A stretch of 64,000 bases of DNA. Origin: a virus (taxonomy: Duplodnaviria; Caudoviricetes). The translations under genes were made by a program, and so were the position numbers. The number at the start of each line of letters is the position of its first letter. The first letter of the stretch is position 1. This document shows positions 19,450 to 28,214 of this stretch, in pieces. The stretch is from the IMG/VR virus record IMGVR_UViG_3300031949_001696; one strand, given 5' to 3'. The notes under the pieces were generated by a model, which was not told the origin of the DNA, searched no databases, and saw only the letters and a list, made by a program, of their open reading frames with translations.

Positions 19450-19468
19450 TTGCAATATGTTATTGCAA
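19450..19468. promoter_or_regulatory. Palindromic operator TTGCAATA-tgt-TATTGCAA
   Basis: Perfect 8-bp inverted repeat just upstream of the RHH-like gene. Confidence 0.6.
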
Positions 19469-19660
19469 CCTGTAGCAGCTGGAGTCCGCGGAGGGTTGCG
19501 TCTTGGGCAGTACGTAGGGGACGATCACCTCGACGACGACGTACTCACCGTCCGATCGAAACGTGACAAACAGCGCGCCACCCACGCGCACGGTCGGAAG
19601 GAAGGTTGCCCAGTGCGCGAGGTCCTGCGCATCGAGATTGGGTTCGTCGGAGGTCGACAC
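19460..19660 (-). pseudogene. Truncated copy of the 13437-13850 gene
   Basis: DLAHWATFLPTVRVGGALFVTF...VEVIVPYV then stops. Confidence 0.7.
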
Positions 19661-19661
19661 G

Positions 19662-19742
19662 TTAGGCGGCGACCTCGGCCATCCAGCCGCGGAGGCGGGC
19701 GAGGGTTGCGGAGTCGATCAGGTTTTTGATGCAGATCGCCAT
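19662..19742 (-). pseudogene. 26-aa remnant of the PKHD hydroxylase N-terminus
   Basis: MAICIKNLIDSATLARLRGWMAE vs MLTLIENLIDEATVARLRGWLAE. Confidence 0.7.
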
Positions 19743-19744
19743 GA

Positions 19745-20299
19745 CTAACCTTTCTTAGCGCCGGTCGCGCGCTCGACACGTTCGGCAAGTTCCTCGATTT
19801 CAGACATACGCATCAGGGGCATGAATTCGCGTCTCGGCCTGAAGATGAAAGCGTAGGGGCAGTTGTAAGGAACGATCATCTGGTCGTTGAGCATTTGGCC
19901 GAGGTTGAGCACGAACTTTCCTGGAGCACAGGTTCCGAATTCAACGAAGAGCGTGGCTTTCTCATCGGGAAAGTCGATAGCGAGATCTGCTCTGCCAAAC
20001 AGCGTGTTGATTTCGCGTTCACTGCTGTTTCCGAGTGCTGCGACGAAGCGCCAGGCTGGCTCCCTTGGGTCGTGACAGGTCAACGGCTGTGGTAAAGGCA
20101 AGTGGAAAACTTCGACACGATCTGCTTGAACCCAGGCAGCCAAGAGTGAACATGCCCAGGGATCCGAGAGGCGCCGTTCACCCCATGGGATGAAGACCTC
20201 TTGTGGTTTCCAACCACGACCGTCTGGTGTTTTCCAAGTCACGCCGGGAAATGTGATGGCCTTGCGGACGTGCTCGTTTGTCTCAAGAACATCCAGCAT
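19745..20299 (-). CDS. Hypothetical protein, possible PD-(D/E)xK-like motif
   Basis: RADLAI...FVEFG; AAGGG RBS. Confidence 0.5.
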   Translation of the reverse strand: MLDVLETNEHVRKAITFPGVTWKTPDGRGWKPQEVFIPWGERRLSDPWACSLLAAWVQADRVEVFHLPLPQPLTCHDPREPAWRFVAALGNSSEREINTLFGRADLAIDFPDEKATLFVEFGTCAPGKFVLNLGQMLNDQMIVPYNCPYAFIFRPRREFMPLMRMSEIEELAERVERATGAKKG

Positions 20300-20370
20300 T
20301 CTGTTTCCCTTCTTATTGGGGTGTTGCGTTCCGCTGCGGACCAGTGCGGCGAGCTGCTATCGTCGGGACG

Positions 20371-20838
20371 GTGAAAACAGCCAGCGATGCACCGGCAGCG
20401 ATCGAACCGCTGGAGGATCGCGAGGTCGATGGCGCGACGCTCAAGGAGTTGCACACCGCGTACAAGGAGCTCCGCACGGCGTACGTCGACTTGCACAAGA
20501 GACATCACGAGCGGATCACCGATGCGCTCGCTGATCGTAAGGAGGAAGGCAAGAAGACGGGTGGCGATGTGCCGTACGGATACCGACTGGATTCCGACAA
20601 CGAGACCTTGATCGAGGACGAGTCCGAGCAAGCCGTGATCGCCGAAGCCGTGCGGTTGCGCGAAGAGGGCCTATCGCTGCGCCGGATCGCGCGAGAGCTG
20701 TGGAAGCAGAAGCTGCGTCCGAGGCCGGTCCCCCGGGATCGGCGGCGAGGTGCCCTAAAGACGAAGCGCTTTGGAGAATTCGATCCGACGCAGATCAAGC
20801 GCATGATCGAGGCGCACAAGACACGCACTGCGGAATGA
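20371..20838 (+). CDS. Serine-recombinase C-terminal (helix E + recombinase DNA-binding) domain lacking the catalytic domain
   Basis: ERITDALADRKEEGKKTGGDVPYGY...EQAVI...GLSLRRIAREL. Confidence 0.7.
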   Translation: MKTASDAPAAIEPLEDREVDGATLKELHTAYKELRTAYVDLHKRHHERITDALADRKEEGKKTGGDVPYGYRLDSDNETLIEDESEQAVIAEAVRLREEGLSLRRIARELWKQKLRPRPVPRDRRRGALKTKRFGEFDPTQIKRMIEAHKTRTAE

Positions 20839-20842
20839 CGCA

Positions 20843-21805
20843 TCACTTTTTGCGGAACTTCTTGGGCAAGAGATCGAGGAACTGCTTCGCCGGCGCATTG
20901 GGGCTGTCCGCAAGCTTCATGTAGCGCTCGGTCGTGTCCCGCTTGCTGTGCAGAAGGCTCCGTTGCACGACGTCGATCGGAACGCCGCGCTGCTTGGCGA
21001 TCGTAGCGACGGATCGTCGGAACGCGTGCGGCGTGAACTTCGAGTGGTCGACGAACTTCGCCCGAGCTGCCTGCCTCTTGACCGCGTTTCGCACGGTGCC
21101 CACGCCGATACCCCTCGCACCCTTCGCGGTGCCGCGGAACAAGGGACCGGCCGTGATGCAGAACTCCGCGGCCCAGGCCCGCAGGAGCTTGGCGAGTGGC
21201 GCGACAAGCTCGATGCGGCCGTACTTGCCGCCCTTGACGCGAACACGAAGAAACCAGTTGTCCGAACCAGCCTGCGGCTCGAAGGCGTCGATCGCGACAC
21301 GCGCGACTTCGGCTCGGCGGAGGCCCGTCATCGCGAGCGTCATCGCTATCAGGTAGTCGCGGCGCTCGACGAAGCTGTCGTCGTCGGGGCCGGCACCGAG
21401 GAACTTCTCTAGCTCTTCGGCCGACAGCCACGGTGTCTTCAGCTCGGCGTTGTCGCCCTTGGGGTTGCGAGCCTCGCGCGCTGGGTTCGCGACGACGAGC
21501 ACGCCCTCTCGAGCGAGCGCCGCGTAGACGGCGCGGATCACGGCAAGTGCACGAGCGCGGGTGCTCTGGCGTTTTCCGCTCGATCGGAGACCGAGCAAAT
21601 AGGTCTGCACATCGAACGTGGTTGCGGCGAGCGGGGATGTCCCCTTCGCGGCGAGGTACGAAATGAAGCGCTGCCACTCCTCGCGGTACGCGCGAACGCT
21701 CTCGGGGCTGCCGAGGTCGGAGAGGATCCGGGCGAAGGCGGCGGCGACGCGCGGATCGGCACTAGGGACGACGACGAGGGCATTGGTGGGGTCCTGGGCT
21801 CTCAT
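20843..21805 (-). CDS. XerC/D-like tyrosine recombinase
   Basis: TGLRRAEV, VKGGK, PHAFRRS, LLHS, TTERY: R-K-H-R-H-Y set present. Confidence 0.9.
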   Translation of the reverse strand: MRAQDPTNALVVVPSADPRVAAAFARILSDLGSPESVRAYREEWQRFISYLAAKGTSPLAATTFDVQTYLLGLRSSGKRQSTRARALAVIRAVYAALAREGVLVVANPAREARNPKGDNAELKTPWLSAEELEKFLGAGPDDDSFVERRDYLIAMTLAMTGLRRAEVARVAIDAFEPQAGSDNWFLRVRVKGGKYGRIELVAPLAKLLRAWAAEFCITAGPLFRGTAKGARGIGVGTVRNAVKRQAARAKFVDHSKFTPHAFRRSVATIAKQRGVPIDVVQRSLLHSKRDTTERYMKLADSPNAPAKQFLDLLPKKFRKK

Positions 21806-21817
21806 TCGGGCACTTAT

Positions 21818-21848
21818 ATTTGACGATAATGGGACCTTACCGGCAAGT
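21818..21848. promoter_or_regulatory. dif/res-like recombination core site ATTTGACGATAA-TGGGACC-TTACCGGCAAGT
   Basis: 12-bp imperfect inverted arms (9/12), 7-bp spacer, 13 nt upstream of the recombinase start. Confidence 0.55.
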
Positions 21849-21937
21849 GCGACGTAAACTATTGAAATCTATGTGACGCTTATATGAAGTGTCTCAAATC
21901 GATCACGATCGCACGATCGCGCTGGTAAGGTCGGGGG

Positions 21938-22225
21938 ATGCCAAGGGCCCAGGTGAGCTACTACGAGCTGATCTACGAGGCGATCCGAGCCAAGCTAGTC
22001 GCCGAGACCAAGCACCGTAAGAAACGCGCGCTCGAAGCGTGGATCCTCGCCGAGCGCGAGTGCGTGATGCGCGAGATCAACCACCATCGTGGTCTGCTCG
22101 CCTACGAGCCCGTCGACCTCGCGGTCGTCAAGCGCGCCGAGCGTCTGGCCGTCGGGCACAGCGACTACGTCTCGAAGTATGCCCACGCGGCGGCGGACCT
22201 GGTGTGCCGCAAGGAGACAACGTGA
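21938..22225 (+). CDS. Hypothetical protein, first gene of the rightward array
   Basis: TAAGGT-6nt-ATG. Confidence 0.6.
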   Translation: MPRAQVSYYELIYEAIRAKLVAETKHRKKRALEAWILAERECVMREINHHRGLLAYEPVDLAVVKRAERLAVGHSDYVSKYAHAAADLVCRKETT

Positions 22226-22479
22226 TCCGCGAGAAAACAACGGCGCTGAAGAATCATCGACAGGCCACGCCGGGATCCGGCGCGCGAGCTGCGTGGTGGT
22301 ACGGAAACCGTTCCGAGATCGAAGTCGTGATCGAGTGCCGAACGCCCGGCGGCGGCACGGTGACCGGCCTCGCGAAGATCAGCCGTCAGGCGCTGGCGGA
22401 GTGGCTCGACGCGAACAACGGCAAGCCGGGCACCTTCACGTGGCGAGGCAGGGCACGGCGGGATCGAGGTGCACGATGA
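22222..22479 (+). CDS. Hypothetical protein
   Basis: AAGGAG RBS, coupled. Confidence 0.55.
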   Translation: MIREKTTALKNHRQATPGSGARAAWWYGNRSEIEVVIECRTPGGGTVTGLAKISRQALAEWLDANNGKPGTFTWRGRARRDRGAR

Positions 22480-22673
22480 CTCGGTGCCGGTGTTGCGGTC
22501 TCTACGACGGCGCGCACTACAAGGACTGCCTAGCCGAGGAGCGAGCTGCCAAAGAGAAGTTGCAGGCCGCGTGCGATCACCGCGACGACTACGGCACAAC
22601 ACAAACGACGGGCGACCAGTTGGGACCTCGACGCTGCGGCAGATGCGGGATCGAGTTGAAAGGACGGGTATGA
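22476..22673 (+). CDS. Small Cys-rich protein
   Basis: CRCC...CGRCG, coupled. Confidence 0.5.
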   Translation: MTRCRCCGLYDGAHYKDCLAEERAAKEKLQAACDHRDDYGTTQTTGDQLGPRRCGRCGIELKGRV

Positions 22674-22981
22674 GGCGGCCCTCTAAGAACGCGTGGTTCG
22701 AGAAGCAGCTGTGCGGACCGCTTGTCGTCTACTTCACCGTGTACGACAACGACGCTAACGATGTACGTGTCGAGTGGTGCATCTGCCCGGACGATGAGGA
22801 CAAGAGCGAGGAGCGTGCCTTCGCGGGATCGGATCACGAAATTCGTGGTCCTGCGCGTGAACTCGACGCACTCATCGATCGCGCTGTGAAGGATGCCGCT
22901 GCCGCCGCCACGCGCATCGCGCGGGAGATCCTTGCGTGGGCGCAGGACGGCCTCGATCAGCAGTCTCAGGAGGCGACGTGA
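22670..22981 (+). CDS. Hypothetical protein
   Basis: Coupled ORF. Confidence 0.55.
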   Translation: MRRPSKNAWFEKQLCGPLVVYFTVYDNDANDVRVEWCICPDDEDKSEERAFAGSDHEIRGPARELDALIDRAVKDAAAAATRIAREILAWAQDGLDQQSQEAT

Positions 22982-23235
22982 CTCGCAAGAAGAGCATCAG
23001 CAGCTACGTCGAGGCCGCTGGCTACGCGTTTGGCAAACCGCCGCCGAAGCCTCCTGGCAAGCCGCCTGACCTGCGCGGTGCCCACGCCTTCGAGGCGTGC
23101 AAAGACGGAGCGCTCATCATCTACGTCACGATGCCCGATGGCGACGGCGAGCCGATCCGCATCGAGCCCCACCGCGTCTGCGCGGTCCTGGCCGCGTGCG
23201 GCGACGCTCTCGCGAGGAAGCCGAGCACCCGATGA
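22978..23235 (+). CDS. Hypothetical protein
   Basis: AGGAGG RBS, coupled. Confidence 0.55.
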   Translation: MTRKKSISSYVEAAGYAFGKPPPKPPGKPPDLRGAHAFEACKDGALIIYVTMPDGDGEPIRIEPHRVCAVLAACGDALARKPSTR

Positions 23236-23633
23236 CCCAGGACGAAGAGCTTCGCTCCCTCCGGGCACGTGTCTCCGAGCTAGAGGTCGAGCGCGATCGG
23301 ATGCTGCCGATCTACACGGCCCACGTCGCGGAGGAGCAACGAGTCGCTGAGCGGCGCGAGCGGGCGCGCCTGCGCGTCGCCGCGCTGACCGAGCACGAGC
23401 TACACCGCGAGCAGCGGCACCCAGACTACGAGTACGAGTCGACGGAGAACGCCAGGAAGAGCGGCGATTCTCCGATGCCGCCTGGTGAGGGCTGGGAGGC
23501 GAACGATATCGTGGAGTGCCACATCTATAGGGACGCTGTCGTGTTCGAAGAGCGCTGGCGCAACTGGACCCGCGGCGACTTCACCGAGACCAACTACTGG
23601 AGGCGCAGGAAACCTGCGAAGGAGCAGTCGTGA
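23232..23633 (+). CDS. Hypothetical coiled-coil protein
   Basis: Coupled ORF MTQDEELR. Confidence 0.55.
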   Translation: MTQDEELRSLRARVSELEVERDRMLPIYTAHVAEEQRVAERRERARLRVAALTEHELHREQRHPDYEYESTENARKSGDSPMPPGEGWEANDIVECHIYRDAVVFEERWRNWTRGDFTETNYWRRRKPAKEQS

Positions 23634-24208
23634 TGGAAACAGCCTTCAAACTCGCGAAGTGCGCCGTGCTGACCTGCCCCAACGAGGCAGATCCGCGCTG
23701 GTTCGCGCGTGACGTGAACGATCACCCCGTCATGATCTGCGACGGCCACGTGCCGATGCCGAAGCCCGCCGAGGTGGCCGCGCGCCCGCTGGATCCCGCC
23801 GCGCTGGACCTCGCGGCGCGCATCGTCCGCAATGGCTACTCACCGACGCCCAGTGAAGTCGAGCGTGTTTCCCACGCGCTGCTCGACGAGCAGGAAGAAC
23901 TGGCCGAGCTGCGCGACATCGCGGGCCTCGTGAGCGATGCCGACATCAACGCGCTGCCGCTCGAGCTGCTGGTGGTACGGCAGCGTTGGTTGGCCGCGCG
24001 CCACGCCAAGGAAGTGGCCGAAGCCGCGGTCGCTCTCGCCGCGATGGGGTGCCAGCAACGTTTCCCATCAACGATTACTGCGACGCAACTCGTGGTGATG
24101 GAGCGTACCTGGCTTGGCCTTCCCAAGCCGAACGCGAAGTGCTTGCTCAAGCTCGGCCATTCTGGGCCGCACATGTGCGAGCAACCGCCGCCGCTGGAAC
24201 AGCCATGA
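23630..24208 (+). CDS. Hypothetical protein
   Basis: AAGGAG RBS, coupled. Confidence 0.55.
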   Translation: MMETAFKLAKCAVLTCPNEADPRWFARDVNDHPVMICDGHVPMPKPAEVAARPLDPAALDLAARIVRNGYSPTPSEVERVSHALLDEQEELAELRDIAGLVSDADINALPLELLVVRQRWLAARHAKEVAEAAVALAAMGCQQRFPSTITATQLVVMERTWLGLPKPNAKCLLKLGHSGPHMCEQPPPLEQP

Positions 24209-24335
24209 CCAAGACCGCCTACGCCAAGCGTTTGTCGGACGAAGAAGTCGCCGAGCAAACGAAAGACATGGCGCCCGAGGATCGCGAGGAGTACCGCATC
24301 GAGAACGCGACCAGCCCCTTGTTCGACATGTGGCT

Positions 24336-25181
24336 TCAAGAGCTAGGCGCGCGAGCCCCGCGCGCACGTTTCATCCGCTCTAGTTTCAGTTCTAACTCGG
24401 CCTCCATCTCCTTGGCCAAGTGAAACAGGTCGGTGCTCTCGATGTCGCGAGCGAACCGGGACAGAACTCGTCGCAAGTCTGTCGCTGAGGCCAGAAGCGC
24501 GTCGTCGCGCTCAACAGCATTTCGCACGTCGTCTACCGACATGTCCCGCGTCAAGAGGTGCGGAAGCGCAAGGCGCCGAACTTCGCCGGCAAGATGAAAC
24601 GCCGCGCGAGTCGCGGTGATCTCCTCGGCGTCTCCGAGGGTCCGCATCATTTCATGCGTGTAGATCCATGCCTGATCTGGCGCGATCTTGGATAAATCAA
24701 CGACGCGCGACGGTGAGTGCCCGTTGTAGAGCCTGCTGATGTCGACGCGGTTGCCTAGGAACAGATCGAGCATCACGTAGCCGATCAAGCCGAACCCCGG
24801 CGAGCCCACCTCGATTTTCGCTTTCTCTTGCTGCCTGTCGAAAATCACGTACGCGTGATCTTCGTCGATTTCGCCATCGCCAGCTCGACGCCGCGCGATC
24901 CAGCTCTCGGCATCTCCCGCCTTGCGAAACGTGACCCAAGGCTCGGAGACCCCGTCCTCCAGTGCGATCACGCAGTCGTCCCACATGATCCGGATCTCCT
25001 GTCGGATCGACTCTGGGGATCCCACAGGTCGCGCGGTTACGCTTAACGTGCAGCCGCATTCGAAACCGTGTTGGTGCGCTGACGTCGGAGAGGCTTCCGT
25101 CCATCGAAGATGGCCGCCCGATGGATTTAGGAAGAAGTTGTCCCGCGCCACGCTAATGCGGTGCTGCTCTGTGGTCGCCAT
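24336..25181 (-). CDS. Hypothetical protein, opposite to array orientation
   Basis: 281-aa ORF; TACCAT-6nt-ATG; 3' end overlaps the 24205 ORF. Confidence 0.6.
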   Translation of the reverse strand: MATTEQHRISVARDNFFLNPSGGHLRWTEASPTSAHQHGFECGCTLSVTARPVGSPESIRQEIRIMWDDCVIALEDGVSEPWVTFRKAGDAESWIARRRAGDGEIDEDHAYVIFDRQQEKAKIEVGSPGFGLIGYVMLDLFLGNRVDISRLYNGHSPSRVVDLSKIAPDQAWIYTHEMMRTLGDAEEITATRAAFHLAGEVRRLALPHLLTRDMSVDDVRNAVERDDALLASATDLRRVLSRFARDIESTDLFHLAKEMEAELELKLERMKRARGARAPSS

Positions 25182-25359
25182 GGCGCGATGGTAATCCGAG
25201 GCGGCGCGGGGCGGGGCGGCTCATAGTCCTCCTGGGTAGCTGGAGACCCGGATATTTCGGGCTCCGCTCCATGCAACTTGGCGATGGCGCCGTGTAGCTT
25301 GAGACACGGGTGCGGGGCTACCCAGGTTTTGCGATCGCGCCCTTGCGCGCCGAACAGAT

Positions 25360-25375
25360 CGGCACGCGGGCAGCA
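25360..25375 (+). promoter_or_regulatory. sigma54-like promoter CGGCACGCGGGCAGCA
   Basis: GGCACG...GCA with GG-N10-GC; ATG 14 nt downstream. Confidence 0.45.
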
Positions 25376-25387
25376 ATACCTGCCGGC

Positions 25388-25651
25388 ATGAAGGAACTGC
25401 TCCTCACCGCCGAACAGCTCGCCCTCGTGGTCGAGCCCGTCGTGACCGCGGCGCCTGCCGTGCTCGACGACGCCGCGCTGATGGCGATGCCGCTGGTCGA
25501 CGCCAAGCGCCTCGTCGCGGCCGAGTTCGAGCGGCGCTACCTCGTGCTCCTGATGGAGCGCGCGGAGGGTTCTGTTTCGGAGGGCGCACGGCTGTCGGGC
25601 CTCGATCGCACCAACTTCCGCCGTCTACTCCAGCGGCACGGACTTCGCTGA
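25388..25651 (+). CDS. Stand-alone Fis-type HTH (C-terminus of sigma54 enhancer-binding proteins)
   Basis: AKRLVAAEFERRYL...GSVSEGARLSGLDRTNFRRLLQRHGL. Confidence 0.8.
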   Translation: MKELLLTAEQLALVVEPVVTAAPAVLDDAALMAMPLVDAKRLVAAEFERRYLVLLMERAEGSVSEGARLSGLDRTNFRRLLQRHGLR

Positions 25652-25659
25652 GAACCGCC

Positions 25660-25914
25660 ATGCGCGACAAGACAGAAATCGCGGCGAGCATCGAGCACTG
25701 GGAGCGGCTCGCTACGGAGGCCGAGTCCCAAGCGCAGTGGGATCGCGACCACGGTCTCGATCTCTCGAAGCCCGGATGCTCTGCGGGCGACTACCGCGCG
25801 CAGCTGTATCGGCGATGCGCCGAGACCCTTCGCCTGGAAATGCAGACGGGCCTCCCGCACTGCACGACTTGTCTCGGGGCTCATCCCAACCATCACCACG
25901 GCCACCGTGGATAA
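25660..25914 (+). CDS. Hypothetical protein
   Basis: ORF in array. Confidence 0.5.
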   Translation: MRDKTEIAASIEHWERLATEAESQAQWDRDHGLDLSKPGCSAGDYRAQLYRRCAETLRLEMQTGLPHCTTCLGAHPNHHHGHRG

Positions 25915-26147
25915 CAACGGATCGCCAGGAAGAAGAGTCATGTCGAAGAAGCGCACGAAGGACACCAAGAATGTCAGGCCCACGGTTACGATCTTGACCG
26001 TCACGCAGGTCTACATGCGGGGCGAGACCAGCGAGCTGACGCTCGCGTTCGCCTCACGCGAGCGGGCTCTGGAAGCGATCCAGGCTCACGTGATTAACCC
26101 TGAAGCGATCACGACGATCAGCATTCGTACGCTGGCGGTCCTGGCCG

Positions 26148-26387
26148 ATGCGTAACATCCCCGACAAGCTCGCCATGCTCCGCGCCGTCACGCGCAAGGC
26201 GCTCGCTGCTCGCGACGCGATCGACGACTGCTTCTCGCCCGAGTGGCGCGACGCGCACGAGGCGACAGTCGCCGCGTGCAAGCTCGCGACCGCCGAGATG
26301 GAGCGGCTCGCCAAGGATCCCAAGACCCGCTACGGCAGCTGGCGCACGTCGGCCGACGTCGAGCTGATGGCGCTCGGACTTCTCTAG
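26148..26387 (+). CDS. Hypothetical protein
   Basis: ORF in array. Confidence 0.5.
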   Translation: MRNIPDKLAMLRAVTRKALAARDAIDDCFSPEWRDAHEATVAACKLATAEMERLAKDPKTRYGSWRTSADVELMALGLL

Positions 26388-26411
26388 CATTCTAGCAAGG
26401 AACAAATCGCG

Positions 26412-26768
26412 ATGATGACGACACCGAACAACCTGGGTTTTTCCGAGTGCGACAAGTCTCGCGCTCCGAGCGGCTGGGGGCACACGTTCCATCACACCGA
26501 GCCGCAGCGGCGCGTCCCGTGCGTGCTCGGCGACATGCTCGCGCCGCGCAGCTCCGACGACATCCCGCCGATCACGCCCGAGGCGATGGCCTCGGTGCAG
26601 GCCGCGCTGACGCTGCTCGCGAACCTCATCGCCGATCGTGATCTTGCCCTGTTCATGGGCAGCTTCGAGCGCCTGGAGGACCACCGCAGCAAGGCGAGCG
26701 ACATCCTGCTCGTCGCCAAGGGGTTGGCCGGTATCCTCCGCGTCTCCTCGCCGGAGCAAGCTCCGTGA
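26412..26768 (+). CDS. Hypothetical protein
   Basis: AAGGA RBS. Confidence 0.5.
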   Translation: MMTTPNNLGFSECDKSRAPSGWGHTFHHTEPQRRVPCVLGDMLAPRSSDDIPPITPEAMASVQAALTLLANLIADRDLALFMGSFERLEDHRSKASDILLVAKGLAGILRVSSPEQAP

Positions 26769-26980
26769 TCCGCGCCATCGCCCTCATCATCGATGCCGGC
26801 TCGCCCGCGTTCGATTGCGCGTACCAGATCCTCACGTGTCCCGCCGATCCCGAGATGGAACGCTACACGTTCACGGCGCCACGCGAGGTGACCCGCCGTC
26901 GCATCGGCCAGTACGCCGTCGTGAAGTTCTGTCCCGACGATCAATTCGCCTACGAGTGCAAGGAGGCACTACAACCGTGA
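26765..26980 (+). CDS. Hypothetical protein
   Basis: Coupled ORF. Confidence 0.5.
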   Translation: MIRAIALIIDAGSPAFDCAYQILTCPADPEMERYTFTAPREVTRRRIGQYAVVKFCPDDQFAYECKEALQP

Positions 26981-27279
26981 AGACCACCGACGACTACACC
27001 GATGACGATGCTGCCGACACGCTGCGCTTCCGCCGCGTCGATCTCGACTTCGAGGCCCCGGCCGACCCGGACGCGACCTCGATCTATGACCTCACACCCT
27101 CGCCGGTGAGCTACGTCGGTCGCAGCCGCGTCTCGCCGCGTCGCCGCCGCCAGATCCGCGACACGCGCGAGAACGTCCTGCGGCTTCGCGCAGCGCTCGC
27201 GGCGGGTTGGGACATCGCGCCCGAGCTGGCGCACGAGGAGCAGCGCCTGTCTGGCCTGATGACGGCAGATCGCCGGTAG
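26977..27279 (+). CDS. Hypothetical protein
   Basis: AGGAGG RBS, coupled. Confidence 0.5.
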   Translation: MKTTDDYTDDDAADTLRFRRVDLDFEAPADPDATSIYDLTPSPVSYVGRSRVSPRRRRQIRDTRENVLRLRAALAAGWDIAPELAHEEQRLSGLMTADRR

Positions 27280-27558
27280 GTGATGACCATGCGCCAATAC
27301 ACGTTCCGCATCTTCCTTTTCGAGCAGCCCAAAGACGGCAACGCGCTCGATCATCGCGAGGTCGCGTCGTACGAGGGTATCACCGCTCCGCCGTGGGTGC
27401 CTCCGCAAGGCTCCTACTTCCGGTTCCGCGATCCGAATCCACCGGGCCGTCCCGCTGATCATCGCGAGGTCGCTGGATACGTCGATCAAGTCGTGACGGT
27501 GTTCTACGGCACGAGCACGACGATCGAGATCTATCTCAAGGACAAGAAAAACACATGA
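27280..27558 (+). CDS. Hypothetical protein
   Basis: ORF with internal DHREVA duplication. Confidence 0.5.
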   Translation: MMTMRQYTFRIFLFEQPKDGNALDHREVASYEGITAPPWVPPQGSYFRFRDPNPPGRPADHREVAGYVDQVVTVFYGTSTTIEIYLKDKKNT

Positions 27559-27917
27559 CCGACGGGACAAAGCGTCACTGCATCCCCGATCCGTTCCCCG
27601 AAACGATCGGGGTCTCCGCCATGACGATCTTCGTCCCCGATGACTTCCGCGGCGACGCCGAGATCATCTGGTGGTACCCTGGCATGAGCGACGACAAGTA
27701 CAAGCAGCGCATCACATGCAGCGCCTCCGCGCTGCTCCAGGGCGTGCTTCGTGACGTCCGCGGCGCGCGTCCCACCGCGGACGAGCATCTGGTCGCGGCC
27801 GACCAGGTCGGCGCTCGCGCGGTTGCACTCGTCGTGCACGCGTTCTACAAGCTGCGGATCGAGAGTGCAGCGCGTCTTGAGGCCGCGTACCAGTGGCGGT
27901 CCTACACGAAAAAATAA
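27555..27917 (+). CDS. Hypothetical protein
   Basis: Coupled ORF. Confidence 0.5.
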   Translation: MTDGTKRHCIPDPFPETIGVSAMTIFVPDDFRGDAEIIWWYPGMSDDKYKQRITCSASALLQGVLRDVRGARPTADEHLVAADQVGARAVALVVHAFYKLRIESAARLEAAYQWRSYTKK

Positions 27918-27995
27918 CGCGCGACCCATGCAATTCCAGAGGCGCTCGCGCGCATGTCTTTGGGAAGCAGCTGGGCTGCAACAAGGAAACGCATC

Positions 27996-28214
27996 ATGAA
28001 TATCAAGAGCATCAAACAGGGTTCGATCGTGGAGACCACCGTGGGTGTGGGTCTCGTGAAGCGCGTCGGCGGAACGCATCCGCCGAGCGTGCAGATCGCC
28101 GTCGTCACGCCCATTCCTCGCGGCATTTGCAACGTGCGTCCTCGTGACGTGTTGCGTGTGCTGTCGGAGGCCGAGGTCGCCGAGCTGCGCGCCCAAGGAC
28201 TGAATCTCGGATGA
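27996..28214 (+). CDS. Hypothetical protein
   Basis: AAGGA RBS, MNIKSIKQG. Confidence 0.5.
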   Translation: MNIKSIKQGSIVETTVGVGLVKRVGGTHPPSVQIAVVTPIPRGICNVRPRDVLRVLSEAEVAELRAQGLNLG

